From NCBI RefSeq assembly GCF_006345805.1, contig NW_021835964.1, positions 1 through 64,000 on the forward strand: DNA of 64,000 bases. The letters are read 5' to 3'. Positions 38,900 to 51,650 of this stretch are shown here, in pieces. The position numbers and the translations under genes were made by a program. The DNA comes from Octopus sinensis. Taxonomy: Eukaryota. Position 1 is the stretch's first letter, and each line of letters begins with the position of its first letter. The notes under the pieces are model-generated. The model did no database searches. It saw only the letters and a program-made list of their open reading frames with translations, and was not told the origin of the DNA.

Positions 38900-41800
38900 C
38901 AGAGCAGAGCATTTCAGCTATCATCTAAGGGGCATTGGAAAACTTTGAAAACCCTCCGGACTGGGTATGCATGGGTAAAAAAGTTACCCTCCGAGTTCAA
39001 TCGGAGGATAAAAAGGTTACTTGCTTCGAATGTGGAAAAAAAGGTCACATTCGAAGCGATTGTGAAATAAAAAAGGAGAGGAGGAAAAGAAGAAAAAAAG
39101 ATTAAAAAAACTGTTACAGACACCAGTCCCCACAACTATTCAAAACATCCCCAAACCCACACATACACTAGCTCACACAAAAACAAATGCTCCCACTCTC
39201 CCTGTTGTGGTGCCACCTCCAAACAAAGTAATGAAAAGACCCAACCCCAGCATACACAAATCCCCACATTAATAAAAAAAACCTGCCTACCTGATTTCTG
39301 AGGCACCTTGTATTTCAAACACAACATCCCCAGACGACACCATGGAGATGTCCAAAGGGGAATTCACAACAATTCGCAAACATTTACATGCACCTTCCCC
39401 ACCCACATCCCCATAGGAAAAAAGACAACCCTACACCACAGATAACAAAAAAAAAAAGACCCCACTCCATCACCCCAGAAAAAAACACAAAAGAATGAAG
39501 AAACAATTTTAATTGAATATGACTCTAAAGACAATTATCTGGAAGGACAAATTCCACAACACATTACGGTGAAACTTTTGAATCTAAATGACACACATAT
39601 GAATCGTGCCTGGATGGGGGAAAAACCTATTCAGGCAGATGAAGGATAGGCATCTGAGAGGCGTCAGGAGGGTCAAAGACCCACCCGAATACCTGGAGAA
39701 GGACAGAAAGGAGGAGGCTGACTCACATTTGGTGAGATTGTCCCCAGCATCTCCAAGTAAGGGTAAGTAGAGCCTTTGTTTTTTTTCTCCCAGGTTTATG
39801 GTTTCACTTAACTTGGGGTACTTAAATGTACATGGTCTGAGCTTGAAGTAGAAGCAAGCTTGCCTCCACGACGACCTCAGATCACATGATATACATGTGA
39901 TGGTTGCTACAGAGACCAAGCTGGACAGTTTGCGAACCTTCTTGCCCCTCCTGAATGGCTATGGAAAAAACCATGTCTCTTAGCCAGACTGGAAGTCGAT
40001 GGGTGTAGTAGTACTTGTCTGAAAAGGCTTGACTCTGCAGACAAGTACAGTCTATGTGGACTCTGAAGGTGGGCTGGTCATCCTTGATATGAGGTACAGT
40101 GGTAGATCCTTCAGGTTGTTCGGAATCTATGCACCCTGTGCTAGAGGATTACAAACTGATTTTTATTGATGCCTAGAGATCTTTCTCGTAACGTCAAAGA
40201 CATTAATGGTGTTAGGTGACAATAATGCTCTCGTTGATGCACACATTGACAGTGTTGGCTCAATTGATTGGAAAATGAACTCATGTCTCATAGATTTGCT
40301 TAAGCGATTTTAGCTAGAGGATTGTTACAGACTTGACCATCTGAATGCCCCAGAGTGAACCTGGATGAATGGCGATAGAAAGTTCAAGTCTTACTTAGAT
40401 AGGATAGTGATAAGAGCTAGAGATAAGGCTAGCTTTAGTTGTCCACATCTTGTTCAAGTATCCTACATGGTTAAGTGTAGGCTGAACATAGATAGTGCTG
40501 TTAAGAGAAGATCTGGTTACTGGAAGCTGAACAAGTCTATTTTGATTTGTGAAGCATGCCGTAGTCAGATTAAGGAATTAGTATAGAGAGCGTTAACCGG
40601 CTCTGTGGTTAATAACCGGTGGTGGTTTGCCCTCAAAAGAGCCATTCGTTTCAAGTCTGTTAGGTTTAGCCATTCGCTAAGACTAGACAAGGCTAGAATA
40701 GAAGGGAAACTAGTTAAGGACTTAGAGGAGGCATTGAGGTTGGACTCTGCATCCCACATTTTGGCAGCAAGAATGGCCTTAGACTGCCACTTCAAAGCCA
40801 AACATGAGGGATATAGAGTCTGGGCTAAAGTGCAAGCATTGGGCTGTGAGGGAATTAATGTTGCCAGAAAGGCCCGTACGGTAGAAACCCAGTGTGGCAA
40901 TGATGCCGCAATTAGGTCTCTGACTGATGATAGTCGGAGTTCAGTCGAAAGACAGGACGAGATGTGTGAGGCACTTTACAAACACTTTGCTGAGTTGTTC
41001 GGGATGAGTGGGAGGTTGGATCATGGTGAGGCCCTTAGGGACTTCCTGTCTGGTGGCCCATGTTTCTCGGTGTGAGAGGCTGAGTGCTGTGAAGGGTCAA
41101 TCACAGCCGAGGAGGTGATTGAGGTGCTGGAAGGTGATCCCGGGCAGGTTGATCCGTGACAATCTCCATCTTCTATGTTACACCTTAGAGAGGGTAGAGA
41201 ATCTTTCTGGCACCGGAGGGGCACTGGTACATTTAGACCAGTCTAAAGCATTTGATAGGGTCGACCATCGGTACTTGGCAGTAGTCCTTGGAAAGGCTGG
41301 CCTAGGCCCAACCTTCCATGGTTGGATTGCTGCTTTGTACAGCGACATCGAGTCTGCAGTAAATGGATTCTTCTCGAAACCATTCAGAATCGAACTCTCA
41401 GTGCGTCAGGAGTGTCCCTTGTCTCTACTTTTGTATGTACTGGCTCTTGAGTGATTGCTGCCGAAGTTGGAAGCACTAGGAAGCACACCGAATGATCTGT
41501 GGTGTGGAGGTGGAGCTACAGTGTATGTGGAGTACATCTCCATCACCGTGGTGGATGAGAGCCAGCTTCCAGTGGTGGAAGAGGCCATCAAAAGTTATGA
41601 GGTGGTGGCGGGAACAAAGGTTAACAAGGACAAGTCAGTCGGTTTGCAACTCAGCACCTGGAGAGGCAAGCTGATGACGTCCAATAATGTTGTAGGGCGT
41701 TGGACAGAAGGTCCTGTTAAGCTACTTGGCGTCTGGTTTGTACCAGACCTCCAGATAGAGAAAAATTGGAGTGAGGTAGCCAGTAAGGTGACTGCTCTAA

Positions 41801-43072
41801 CCCAGACTTGGTCTGGGCGGGTGTTATCCTTGCTAAGGGAGGTGGAGTTGATGTAGATGTTTATAGCATCTGTTATCACCTACCGTCTGACCATGGTGCC
41901 TTGCCCTGATTTGTGGCTGAACAAGTTGGAGAGAATCTTTTTCTGCTTTCTGTGGAAAGGAGGAAAGCCTCTTGTGAAGCACTCTGTCTGCTGCCAGAAG
42001 CCACTGAAGAGTGAGCTAGGGATGCCTTGGCTGAGGATGAAAAATTTGTGTTATAGCTGAGGCACCTCTGGATTTACTTGGATGGAGAACAGGTGTGGTA
42101 ACCGCACGTCTGGTTCTACCTTCCGAGGTTAACGTCCTTAACGAACACTGGTACATGGATCAAGCAGAGACCTAAACTAGGGGAATGGCATTTGGAGTGC
42201 CATAAGGCACTCTCGAGCAGACAATGCCGGCAGCAGAAGTTCCACCACAGATTTTTATAGTGGGTTAGTGGGATTCATGTCTGAAGACACCTTGGGGGAG
42301 ACCCTGGGCTACGATGAAAATCAGTTGATCAACCTGTTCAGGAGAACATTCGGGATAATCCCTGGCTTGGCAGTGCTTCCATGTGGTGTTACCATTTTGT
42401 GATAAGCTTTCAAGGCATGGAAGTGTCACCTCACCATCATGTCCGAGGTGTGGGCAGGACAGGGAAACCATCTTGCATGCATTCGTGGGATGTTCGCAGT
42501 TATCAGGATTGATAGCTTTCACAGAACCACTGTTGTCATCGATGGGAAGAGTACAGCTATCAGCTGAGTCCATCATCAAGATTGTGCTGCTTTCTTCTCT
42601 TAGCAGGGAAAGGAAGGCCTGTTTTTACAGTGTGGTAGCCATTTTAAAAGAAACGGTATGGAAAACACATGTGAAAGGGATTGTGATGGGTACTTTCGTA
42701 TCTGACTAAGGGTTGGTCAAATTTTTTAGTTACCACCTCAGCAGCAAGATCAGGCTGGGGAAGCAGTACCTGTCACATGAGAAATTCGAGATGAGATGGA
42801 AGCCTGTGGTAAGAAAGCTGTGAGTAATTGGCACCAAGTATGTGGAGATCTGGAAGAAAAGCAAAGGCCCTACCCTGATGTCAGATGCCTTTCTTTCGGT
42901 GTCACATTGCATAACGCAATGTATTTTATATTATTTTATTTTTAATTATTTGCCTTTTTCATATTTTTAATCAATTCATAACAACGCTTTAAGCTACTTC
43001 ACTATTCTATGTTTGTCTGTCCTTGTTTGTCCCCTTTGTATTATGCCTACATGGCAAATTTATTGAAATAAA
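38900..43072 (+). mobile_element. Tx1/L1-clade LINE copy 1, degraded (ORF1 3' part plus ORF2)
   Basis: ORF1 knuckle CFECGKKGHIRSDC (~39025-39065); APE (LNVHGL, IYAPC, YLDRI); RT (DQSKAFDRVDH, VRQECPLS); C-terminal CPRCGQDRETILHAFVGC; AATAAA at 43067-43072; internal deletion near 41135. Confidence 0.85.
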
Positions 43073-43225
43073 GTAGCTTCCTTACCAACCACATGGTTTC
43101 TGGTTCAGTCCCACTGAGTGGCACCTTGGGCAAGTGTCTTCTACTATAGCCTCGGGCCGACCAAAGCTTTGTGAGTGGATTTGGTAGATGGAAACTGAAA
43201 GAAGCCCATCGTATATATATATATA
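43073..43225 (+). mobile_element. tRNA-derived SINE, 5' half (head clipped), split by RTE insertion
   Basis: Matches the SINE head up to the central (TA)n. Confidence 0.85.
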
Positions 43226-44153
43226 TTATAGCTCTTTATCGCTCACGCTTCTCCCATAGATTAGGCAAAATTTAGGTATTTATAGCTACTAATAACTATT
43301 TCTCTCCTAAGAAAGGAATGGCTGCCGGTTTTCGCGGGCCACGTCCCCCCCTCTCGTTCCTCTTCAATTGTCTTCTATCTCTTTCGATCGCCATTCGACT
43401 CCCCTTCTCCACCACCCTATATGCATATAAACCAGCGACTGTTTTTAACGGCCCCACTTGAACTCAAACTGTTACCGACTTCCTACGAAAAATACGAAAA
43501 ATGAATCCAAGTTAAGCAATCTATATTTAATTTCAACCCGTACCTACTTAACTATCTGCAACTGATCTGATCTTTTAGTTAGCCCTGTTTTATCTCTATT
43601 ATTATTGTTATGACTTGTGTAATTTAGCCTCACGCCTTGTGTTTTTATATGTACATATAATTCTATAGTTCATCTTAATTATATATCGTTGTCTCATGTC
43701 TTGTGTTAAATATATATTTAATCTTCTAGTTTGCCCCTAATTTTATCGATCAGTCTCACGCCTCGTAGATATAGAATAAATGTATTTATAATTTATAGCT
43801 CTTTATCGCTCACGCTTCTCCCATAGATTAGGCAAAATTTAGGTATTTATAGCTACTAATAACTATTTCTCTCCTAAGAAAGGAATGACTGCCGGTTTTC
43901 GAGGTGCACCCGCCCTCCCACCCCCTCCACCGGTACAGGAAGTCCTAAATTTTCTCATCCTTGTCTCCCTTGTACACTTCAAAGTCTTACGCCACCCTCA
44001 CCCCCTACCATAAAAGGTAGTGGTCATTCATTGCAAGATACACTTCAAGTCTTACGCCACCCCCACCTCCTTCCATAAAAGGTAGTGGTCAGTCATTGCA
44101 AGATATGTTTAGTGTTGTGTACGCGGTTTGAACTTAAGTTCTATTGTTTGTCT

Positions 44154-47100
44154 ATGAATCCTGCCAAACGTGAGTTTTCTTTTCAGGTCCATGACGCTAC
44201 TAGGGCCAATACCACCACCACCCCCAACCACACCCTCAGGGTTGGCACCCTCAACGTTGGCACACTGAAAGGCAGATCTGGCGAGATCGTTGAATTGCTT
44301 GAACGGAGGTGTGTTGATATATGCTGCATTCAAGAAGTGAGGTGGAGAGGAGGTTCTGCTAGGTTCCTCACAGGCAAAGGACAGAGGTACAAGATTTACT
44401 GGGCTGGGAATACTGACGGAGTCGGGGGTGTGGGCATGCTTATCGCCGAAAAATGGGTAGATAAGGTAATCGAGGTAGTCAGAGTATGTGACAGAATAAT
44501 TAAGATTAGATTAGTGCTCCATCATAGTTTAGCAACTATTATATTGGCCTATGCCCCTCAGCCAGGGCTACCTGATGGACAGAAAGACTGTTTCTATGAC
44601 ACCCTACTGCAGACCACATCATTGACGAACGACAGGGACCTTCTCTTTGTGGCTGGTGACTTCAATGGGCATGTTGGACGACGTGCTGGGGGCTTCCATG
44701 GCGTGCATGGAGGCTACGGTTATGGTTCCCGCAACGAGGAGGGAACCAGGCTGCTGGAGTTCTGCGATGCGAATAGTCTTATGGTTTGCAACACTAACTT
44801 CAGGAAACCGACAAGCCACCTGGTCACCTACCGATCGGACCGGCATACAAGCCAAATCGACTACATCCTTGCCAGAAAAAGGGAAAGATGGCTGCTTATA
44901 AATGCCAAAACCTTCCCAGGCGAAGAATGCACCCCACAACATAGACTGGTAGTTAGTGACTTTAGGATCAGGACTAAGAGGGCGACTAGAAGACGACCAA
45001 CATGGAGAAGAAGGGTCTGGAAGCTTAAAGACCCTGCGAATGGACAGAGATTTAGAGACATGTTACTTGAAGCCTTTGACGAAATGGAAGGGGGTATAGC
45101 TACGCATGGGGTAGAAGACAACTGGACGCTTCTGAGGGACAACCTGCTGAAAGCCACTGACCAGATCTGTGGCTGGTGCAAAGTCCCCTTAAGACCCAAA
45201 ATAACGTGGTGGTGGAACAATATTGTTGACAGGGCTATTAGACAAAAGAAACAGGCTTGGAAGGCCTGGAAGAACGGTGGTAGCAGGGAAGTGTATCAGA
45301 CTGCCAGAAGGGAAGCTAGGAGACAGGTCTATCTAGCCAGAGGGGAGGCAGATAAGGAAAAATTTGCCAATGTCCTGCGCCGTGAGGATGAAAGACTTGA
45401 GGTATTTCGTGTTGCAAGACAGTGTGTGAGAGAGAATCGTGACGTGGTAGGAGAGAAATGTGTTCGCAAGGATGACGGTTCACTTGCGCTAAATGAGGAT
45501 GCAAAGAGAGAGGCTTGGAGACGCCACTATGAAAGGTTGCTGAATGAGGTAAATGAATGGGATAAAGAGAGTCTGCCGAATGTCGACCCAACAGGGGGAC
45601 CAGCAATCCAAGTTAACAGTTCCTTAGTAGATAAGGCAATTAGAAGCATGAAAACAGGGAAAGCCCCAGGCCCATCAGGAATTACTGCAGAGATGCTCAA
45701 AATATCTGGTAGTGTCGGCTATAGCTTAGTCACCCGTATAGTTAACCAGGTGATACACGAAGGAGTCATATCCAATGACTGGTGTAGCAGCATAATAGTC
45801 AACTGCTACAAAGGTAAAGGCGACGCCCTAGATACAAATAACTACAGGGGCATCAAGCTGCTGGATCAGGTAATGAAGGTTACGGAGAGGGTCATAGCCC
45901 AATTAATTAGAGAGAGAGTTAGCTTAGATGATATGCAGTTTGGGTTCGTGCCAGGCAAAAGTACTACTGATGCTATATTCCTGGTAAGACAGCTGCAGGT
46001 GAAATACCTAGCCAAAGATAAGCCCTTGTACCTGGCTTTTGTTGACTTGGAGAAAGCCTTTGACAGGGTCCCCCCAATCCCTTATCTGGTGGTCAATGAG
46101 GAAACTAGGGATAGATGAATGGTTAGTGAGAGCTGTGCAAGCCATGTACAGAGACGCTGCTAGTAAGGTGAGGGTTGGCAACGAGTACAGTGAAGAATTC
46201 CGGGTAGAGGTTGGGGTCCACCAAGGTTCAGTCCTCAGTCCTCTCCTATTTATCATAGTCCTCCAGGCAATAACGGATGAATTCAAGACAGGATGCCCCT
46301 GGGAGCTCCTCTATGCTGATGACCTTGCTCTAATTGCTGAGTCACTATCAGAACTGGAGGAAAAGTTTCAGGTGTGGAAACAAGGATTAGAATCGAAGGG
46401 CCTTAGAATCAACCTAGCCAAAACCAAAGTCCTAATAAGTAGGAAGGTGGACCAATCACAAACGACTTCAGGTAGATGGCCCTGCTCGATCTGTAAAAAA
46501 GGTGTAGGTAGAAACTCTATAAGGTGCACCAAGTGTAAGCTATGGACACATAAGAGGCGCAGCAATGTCAAAGGAAGGCTAACTAGGAAAATAGTTTTTG
46601 TCTGTGGCAGATGCTCAGGAGCAATAAACACTGGAAATGTGCAGAGACCAACTTCTACCACGTTCCAGGGAGACAAACTAGAAGTAGTTGATAGCTTCCG
46701 CTACCTAGGAGACCAAGTCAGTAGTGGGGGTGGGTGTGCTGTAAGTGTAACTGCTAGAGTAAGAATAGCCTGGGCAAAGTTTAGAGAGCTCTTACCCCTG
46801 CTGGTGACAAAAGGCCTCTCGCTCAGAGTAAAAGGCAGACTGTATGATGCATGTGTACGTACAGCCATGCTACATGGTAGTGAAACATGGGCCGTGACTG
46901 CTGAGGATATGCGTAAGCTCGCAAGAAATGAAGCCAGTATGCTCCGATGGATGTGTAATGTCAGTGTTCATAATCGTCAGAGTGTAAGTACCTTGAGAGA
47001 AAAGTTGAACCTAAGAAGCGTCAGTTGTGGTGTGCAAGAGAGACGGCTGCGCTGGTATGGTCATGTGACGAGAATGGCTGAAGATAGTTGTGTGCAAAAG

Positions 47101-47265
47101 TGCTACACCCTAGCAGTTGAGGGGACCTGTGGAAGAGGTAGACCCAGGAAAACCTGGGACGAGGTGGTGAAGCACGACCTTCGAACTCTAGGTCTCACTA
47201 AGGAAATGACTAGAGACCGAGACCTATGGAAGTATGCTGTGCGTGAGAAGACCCGGCAAGACTAG
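44154..47265 (+). CDS. RTE APE endonuclease-reverse transcriptase with inserted PHD finger (~1036 aa if the extra C at 46070-46075 is removed)
   Basis: ORFs 44085-46118 and 46039-47265 join when the C6 run is read as C5 (FDRVPQSLIWW; copy 1 has FDRVPRSLIWW); no other disablement seen. Confidence 0.85.
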
Positions 47266-49105
47266 TCAGGCCATAACCCGTGGCCCCTACCTGGGATGTA
47301 GTCAGTCCACCTGTGCATACCTTCCTTCTTGTGACACTTATGAAGACCTGTTGAGGCAAGTGAAAATCAAATCAAAACAAATCAAAATAGATGAACATCA
47401 ATGGAATTTGTATCTTTGTGGTACCAGTGCCGGTGGCACACAAGAAAACCATCCGAACGTGGCCGTAGCCAGTACCGCATCGACTGGCCTCCGTGCTGTG
47501 GGCACATAACAAACACCATCCGATCGTGGCCGTTCGCCAGCCTCATCTGGCACCTGTGTCGGTGGCACATAAAAACACCATCCGAAGACCCGGCAAGACT
47601 AGTCAGGGCATAACACGTGACCCCTTCCTGGGACGTAGTCAGTCCACCTGTGCATACCTTCCTTCTTGAGACACTTGTGAAGACCTGTTGAGGCAAGTAA
47701 AAATCAAATCAAAACAAATCAAAATAGATGAAAATCAATGGAATTTGTATCTTTGTGGTACCAGTGCCGGTGGCACACAAGAAAACCATCCGAACGTGGC
47801 CGTAGCCAGTACTGCATCGATTGGCTTCCGTGCTGTGGGCACGTAACAAACACCATCTGGTCGTGGCCGTTCGCCAGCCTTATCTGGCACCTGTGTCGGT
47901 GGCACATAACACCATCCGAAGACCCGGCAAGACTAGTCAGGCCATAACCGGTGGCCCCTACCTGGGACGTAGTCAGTCCACCTGTGCATACCTTCCTTCT
48001 TGTGACACTTGTGAAGACCTGTTGAGGCAAGTGAAAATCAACAAATCAAAAAATCAAAATCAAAACAAATCAAAATAGATGAACATCAATGGAATTTGTA
48101 TCTCTGTGGTACCAGTCCTGGTGGCACACAAGAAAACTATCCGAACGTGGCCGTAGCCAGTACCGCATCGACTGGCCTCCGTGCTGTGGGCACATAACAA
48201 ACACCATCCGATCGTGGCCGTTTGCCAGCCTCATCCGGCACCTGTGTCGGTGGCACATAAAAACACCATCCAAAGACCCGGCAAGACTAGTCAGGCCATA
48301 ACCCGTGGCCCCTACCTGGGACGTGGTCAGTCCACCTGTGCATACCTTCCTTCTTATGACACTTGTGAAGACCTGTGAAGACCTGTTGAGGCAAGTGATA
48401 ATCAAATCAAATCAAAACAAATCAAAATAGATGAACATCAATGGAATTTGTATCTTTGTGGTACCAGTGCAGGTGGCACATAAGAAAACCATCCGAACGT
48501 GGCCGTAGCCAGTACCGCATCAACTGGCCTCTGTGCTGTGGGCACGTAACAAACACCATCCGATCGTGGCCGTTCGCCAGCCTCGTCTGGCACCTGTGTC
48601 GGTGGCACATAAAAACACCATCCGAAGACCCGGCAAGACTAGTCAGGCCATAAACACCATCTGAAGACCCGGCAAGACTAGTCAGGCCATAACCCATGGC
48701 CCCTACCTGGGACGTAGTCAGTCCACCTGTGCATACCTTCCTTCTTATGACACTTGTGAAGACCTGTTGAGGCAAGTGAAAATCAAAAAATCAAAATAGA
48801 TGAACATCAATGGAATTTGTATCTTTGTGGTACCAGTGCCGGTGGCACACAAGAAAATCATCCGAACGTGGCCGTAGCCAGTACCGCATCGACTGGCCTC
48901 CATGCTGTGGGCACGTAACAAACACCATCCGATCGTGGCCATTCGCCAGCCTCATCTGGCACTTGTGTCGGTGGCACATAAAAACACTATCCGAGCGTGG
49001 CCGTCTGCCAGCCTCATCTGGCACCTGTGTCGGTGGCACATAAAAAACACCATCCGAGCGTGGCCGTTCGCCAGCCTCGTCTGGCACCTGTGTCGGTGAC
49101 ACATA
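47247..49105 (+). repeat. Five tandem ~335-355-bp copies of ORF end plus 3' UTR, followed by ~62-bp subrepeats
   Basis: Unit starts (G/A)AAGACCCGGCAAGACTAG at 47247, 47584, 47918, 48272, 48624 (39-bp stub) and 48663. Confidence 0.95.
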
Positions 49106-49282
49106 AAATCACCCACTACACTCTCGCAGTGGTTGGCGTTAGGAAGGGCATCCAGCTGTAGAAACACTGCCAGATCTGGCTGGCCTGGTGCAGCCTTCGG
49201 GCTCCCCAGACCCCAGTTGAACCGTCCAACCCATGCTAGCAGGGAAAGCGGACGTTAAATGATGATGATGATGATGATGATG

Positions 49283-49497
49283 TGTGTTTGTGTGTCTGTG
49301 TTTGTCTCCACCAACATTGCTTGACAACCGATGCTGGTGTGTTTACGTCCCTGTAACTTAGCAGTTCAACAAAAGAGACCGATAGAATAAGTACTGGGCT
49401 TACAAAAGAATAAGTCCTGAAGTTGATTTGCTCATCTAAAGGCAGTGCTCCAGCATGGCCACAGTCAAATGACTGAAACAAGTAAAAGAGTAAAAGA
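49283..49497 (+). mobile_element. tRNA-derived SINE, 3' half
   Basis: Continues the SINE from 43073-43225 and ends AAGTAAAAGAGTAAAAGA. Confidence 0.88.
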
Positions 49498-50219
49498 CAT
49501 ATAAATACATACATAGAGCTGCAACTGCGTGTATGTATGTGTGCATGTGCGTGTGTATGTATGTGTGTGTGAGTGTGTACACTGATGGATTTCAGGGTTT
49601 AGCCTATAGAGGAGTTGATTACTTAATTTCACTGGAGCATAAATACTTTTAATGACGATACTTAAAAAAGAATTCAGTTCAATTAAAAAGCATGGGCAAG
49701 CAACACATTATAAGCTACACTATAGTTTATGAAAAATATAATCTGTGCATAGGATATGCATTGCCCCTCCAATGCCTTTATTTTTCATTATATAAAATAA
49801 TTGCTTTGTTCATTTGTCTCTTCCTGGGTGATATATGTAGCGATCACCTGTGACTCAACACTTACTACATATTACATTCAGTGGCAGCTGACAAAGTGAA
49901 TATTCAGAAAAACAATCACATTTATCTGTGTAGTAAATATTTCATATTTTGTTTTATGTGGTATATTTGAGTCCATTCTTTGCCCTCAAAGTGAGCTAAG
50001 ATTGCACTGCCTGGGTTCATGTCTGAACTAAGATTGTCCTGCCTGGGTTTAAGTGCATTTAATCTACTTATAAATAGTAGGTTGTTGCTGTTAACTAGAT
50101 AACCTAATTAGTAGAGGAGTAGGATGTTCTGAAAGCACAGTTGCTAAAATTAGAAGTGGGTGAAGAAACTTCTGAGAGCTATTACCTCTGTTGGTATCAA
50201 AAAGCGTCTCGCTCAGACT

Positions 50220-51650
50220 GATATTGTGCATGAACAGCATTGCTAAATGGTAGTGAAACATAGTCCATGAAAGCAGAAGACATGTAAAGGTTACAAAGAG
50301 ATGAAATTAGCATGCTTTACCAGATATGCAAAGTCAATATGCAATATGCTACAAAGTGCTAATCTGTTGAGAGAAAAATTGGGTATAAGAGTTATCTGAT
50401 GTAGTGTGCAAGGAAGAAGACTACACTGGTATGGTAATGTGATGCACATTGATGTGCTAAATGTGGATGAAATTTATGGAAAAGGGAGACCCAGGAAGAT
50501 ATGGGATGAAGTAATGAAGATCGATTTCATGATATTGAGCCTCATGCAAGAGATGATAAAAACAGAGATGACTGGTGACTTGCTGTGCTCAAGAAGACCT
50601 TTTTATCTCAACCAAAAAAGGAGATCCTAAAAGCATATTATATATGCCTATAACCCTACAAGAAATCTGTCCCGATCAAACCCTCTCTACAACTCATCTT
50701 TATAACAACAGTCCCTCCCTCACTCTTTTAATTATAGCACTATTTACTCAACTACTGTAATTATAAGAGAACAAAGCTGCGCATATTTCATCCAACTTTT
50801 GTTTTTGGCACCACTTCTCTTGTCAACCATCTTTTATTCGCAATATTACCTTTTACCACAATATTTTCCACTTAACCCTAAACAGCTATGCATATTAATT
50901 TTGACTTTTATATACCTCTGTACAGTACTTACCTCTCTCTCCAACTCCACATACTTCACATCATCTCCCTATTTCTCTCCACAACTGACCCTTTAAGTAT
51001 TGCCACTTATCACCTCATCCATTCTTCCCTGATCCATTCCTATTTTCCTTCACTTCTTTCCAAACTGAAATTCACAATTGATTGCTTTTATCCATGTTCA
51101 CCATCCACTACATTTCACCTCTCTCTCCATCTCTAACCATTCATCCCTCACCTTTCATTCACTTGTGAACTTACTCATCCACCCTTCCTTGTCCCCTGTC
51201 CCTTGAAGATATGCTCTGACATCTCATCACCACCATATTTCCAGTTGGGGTAGCCATATATCTCCTCCACAGTAAGACACCTGTTTCAGTCCCTCTACCA
51301 TACTTAAGCCTCTCAACACCTAGCACAAAGCCAGGTCCCTTAATACAGCACCCCAAATCAAGTCAGGAGATATTGTCTTGTGAGTTACTTTGTGACCTCA
51401 TTAGTGACAATACTCTTAAAAGAACATCCAGTACACTCTGTAAAATGTCTGGCAATAGGAAGGACGCCCATCTGTAGAAACTGTCGTAAAAAGCAGACAT
51501 TGGCACTCAACACAATCCTCTGGCTTATCAGATTCTGCCAAACAGTTCAACTAATGACAGCATGGAAGACAAACGTAAAATGACGATGATACTGATAATA
51601 ATGATGGTGATGATGATGGTGATGATAACAATGATGAGGATGATGGTGAC
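50220..51650 (+). mobile_element. Old RTE subfamily 3' end
   Basis: RRLHWYGNV...GKGRPRKIWDEV; long 3' UTR; degenerate tail ending in (GAT/GGT)n. Confidence 0.7.

Larger units (their letters stand above)
43226..49282 (+). mobile_element. Full-length RTE-clade LINE, copy 2 (~6.05 kb)
   Basis: Bounded by the two halves of one SINE; ~930-bp 5' region, single APE-RT ORF, amplified 3' UTR, (GAT)n tail. Confidence 0.93.

Noticed and set aside
40924-40950. CTGATGA...GAAA hammerhead-like core in Tx1 ORF2
   Set aside because: No stem II or stem I pairing and no suitable cleavage triplet; chance match in coding sequence
43300-44150. HDV-like ribozyme in the RTE 5' UTR (known in some RTEs)
   Set aside because: Could not build the nested double pseudoknot by eye; needs an RNArobo/Infernal search
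44170-44190. Splice-acceptor-like TTTTCTTTTCAG just inside the RTE ORF start (also in copy 1)
   Set aside because: It lies in an open frame after a usable ATG, and the adjacent GTGAGT is too close for an intron; no transcript evidence
47247-49105. Repeat array as CRISPR-like
   Set aside because: Whole units repeat with no unique spacers, no cas genes, and the unit is the RTE 3' UTR
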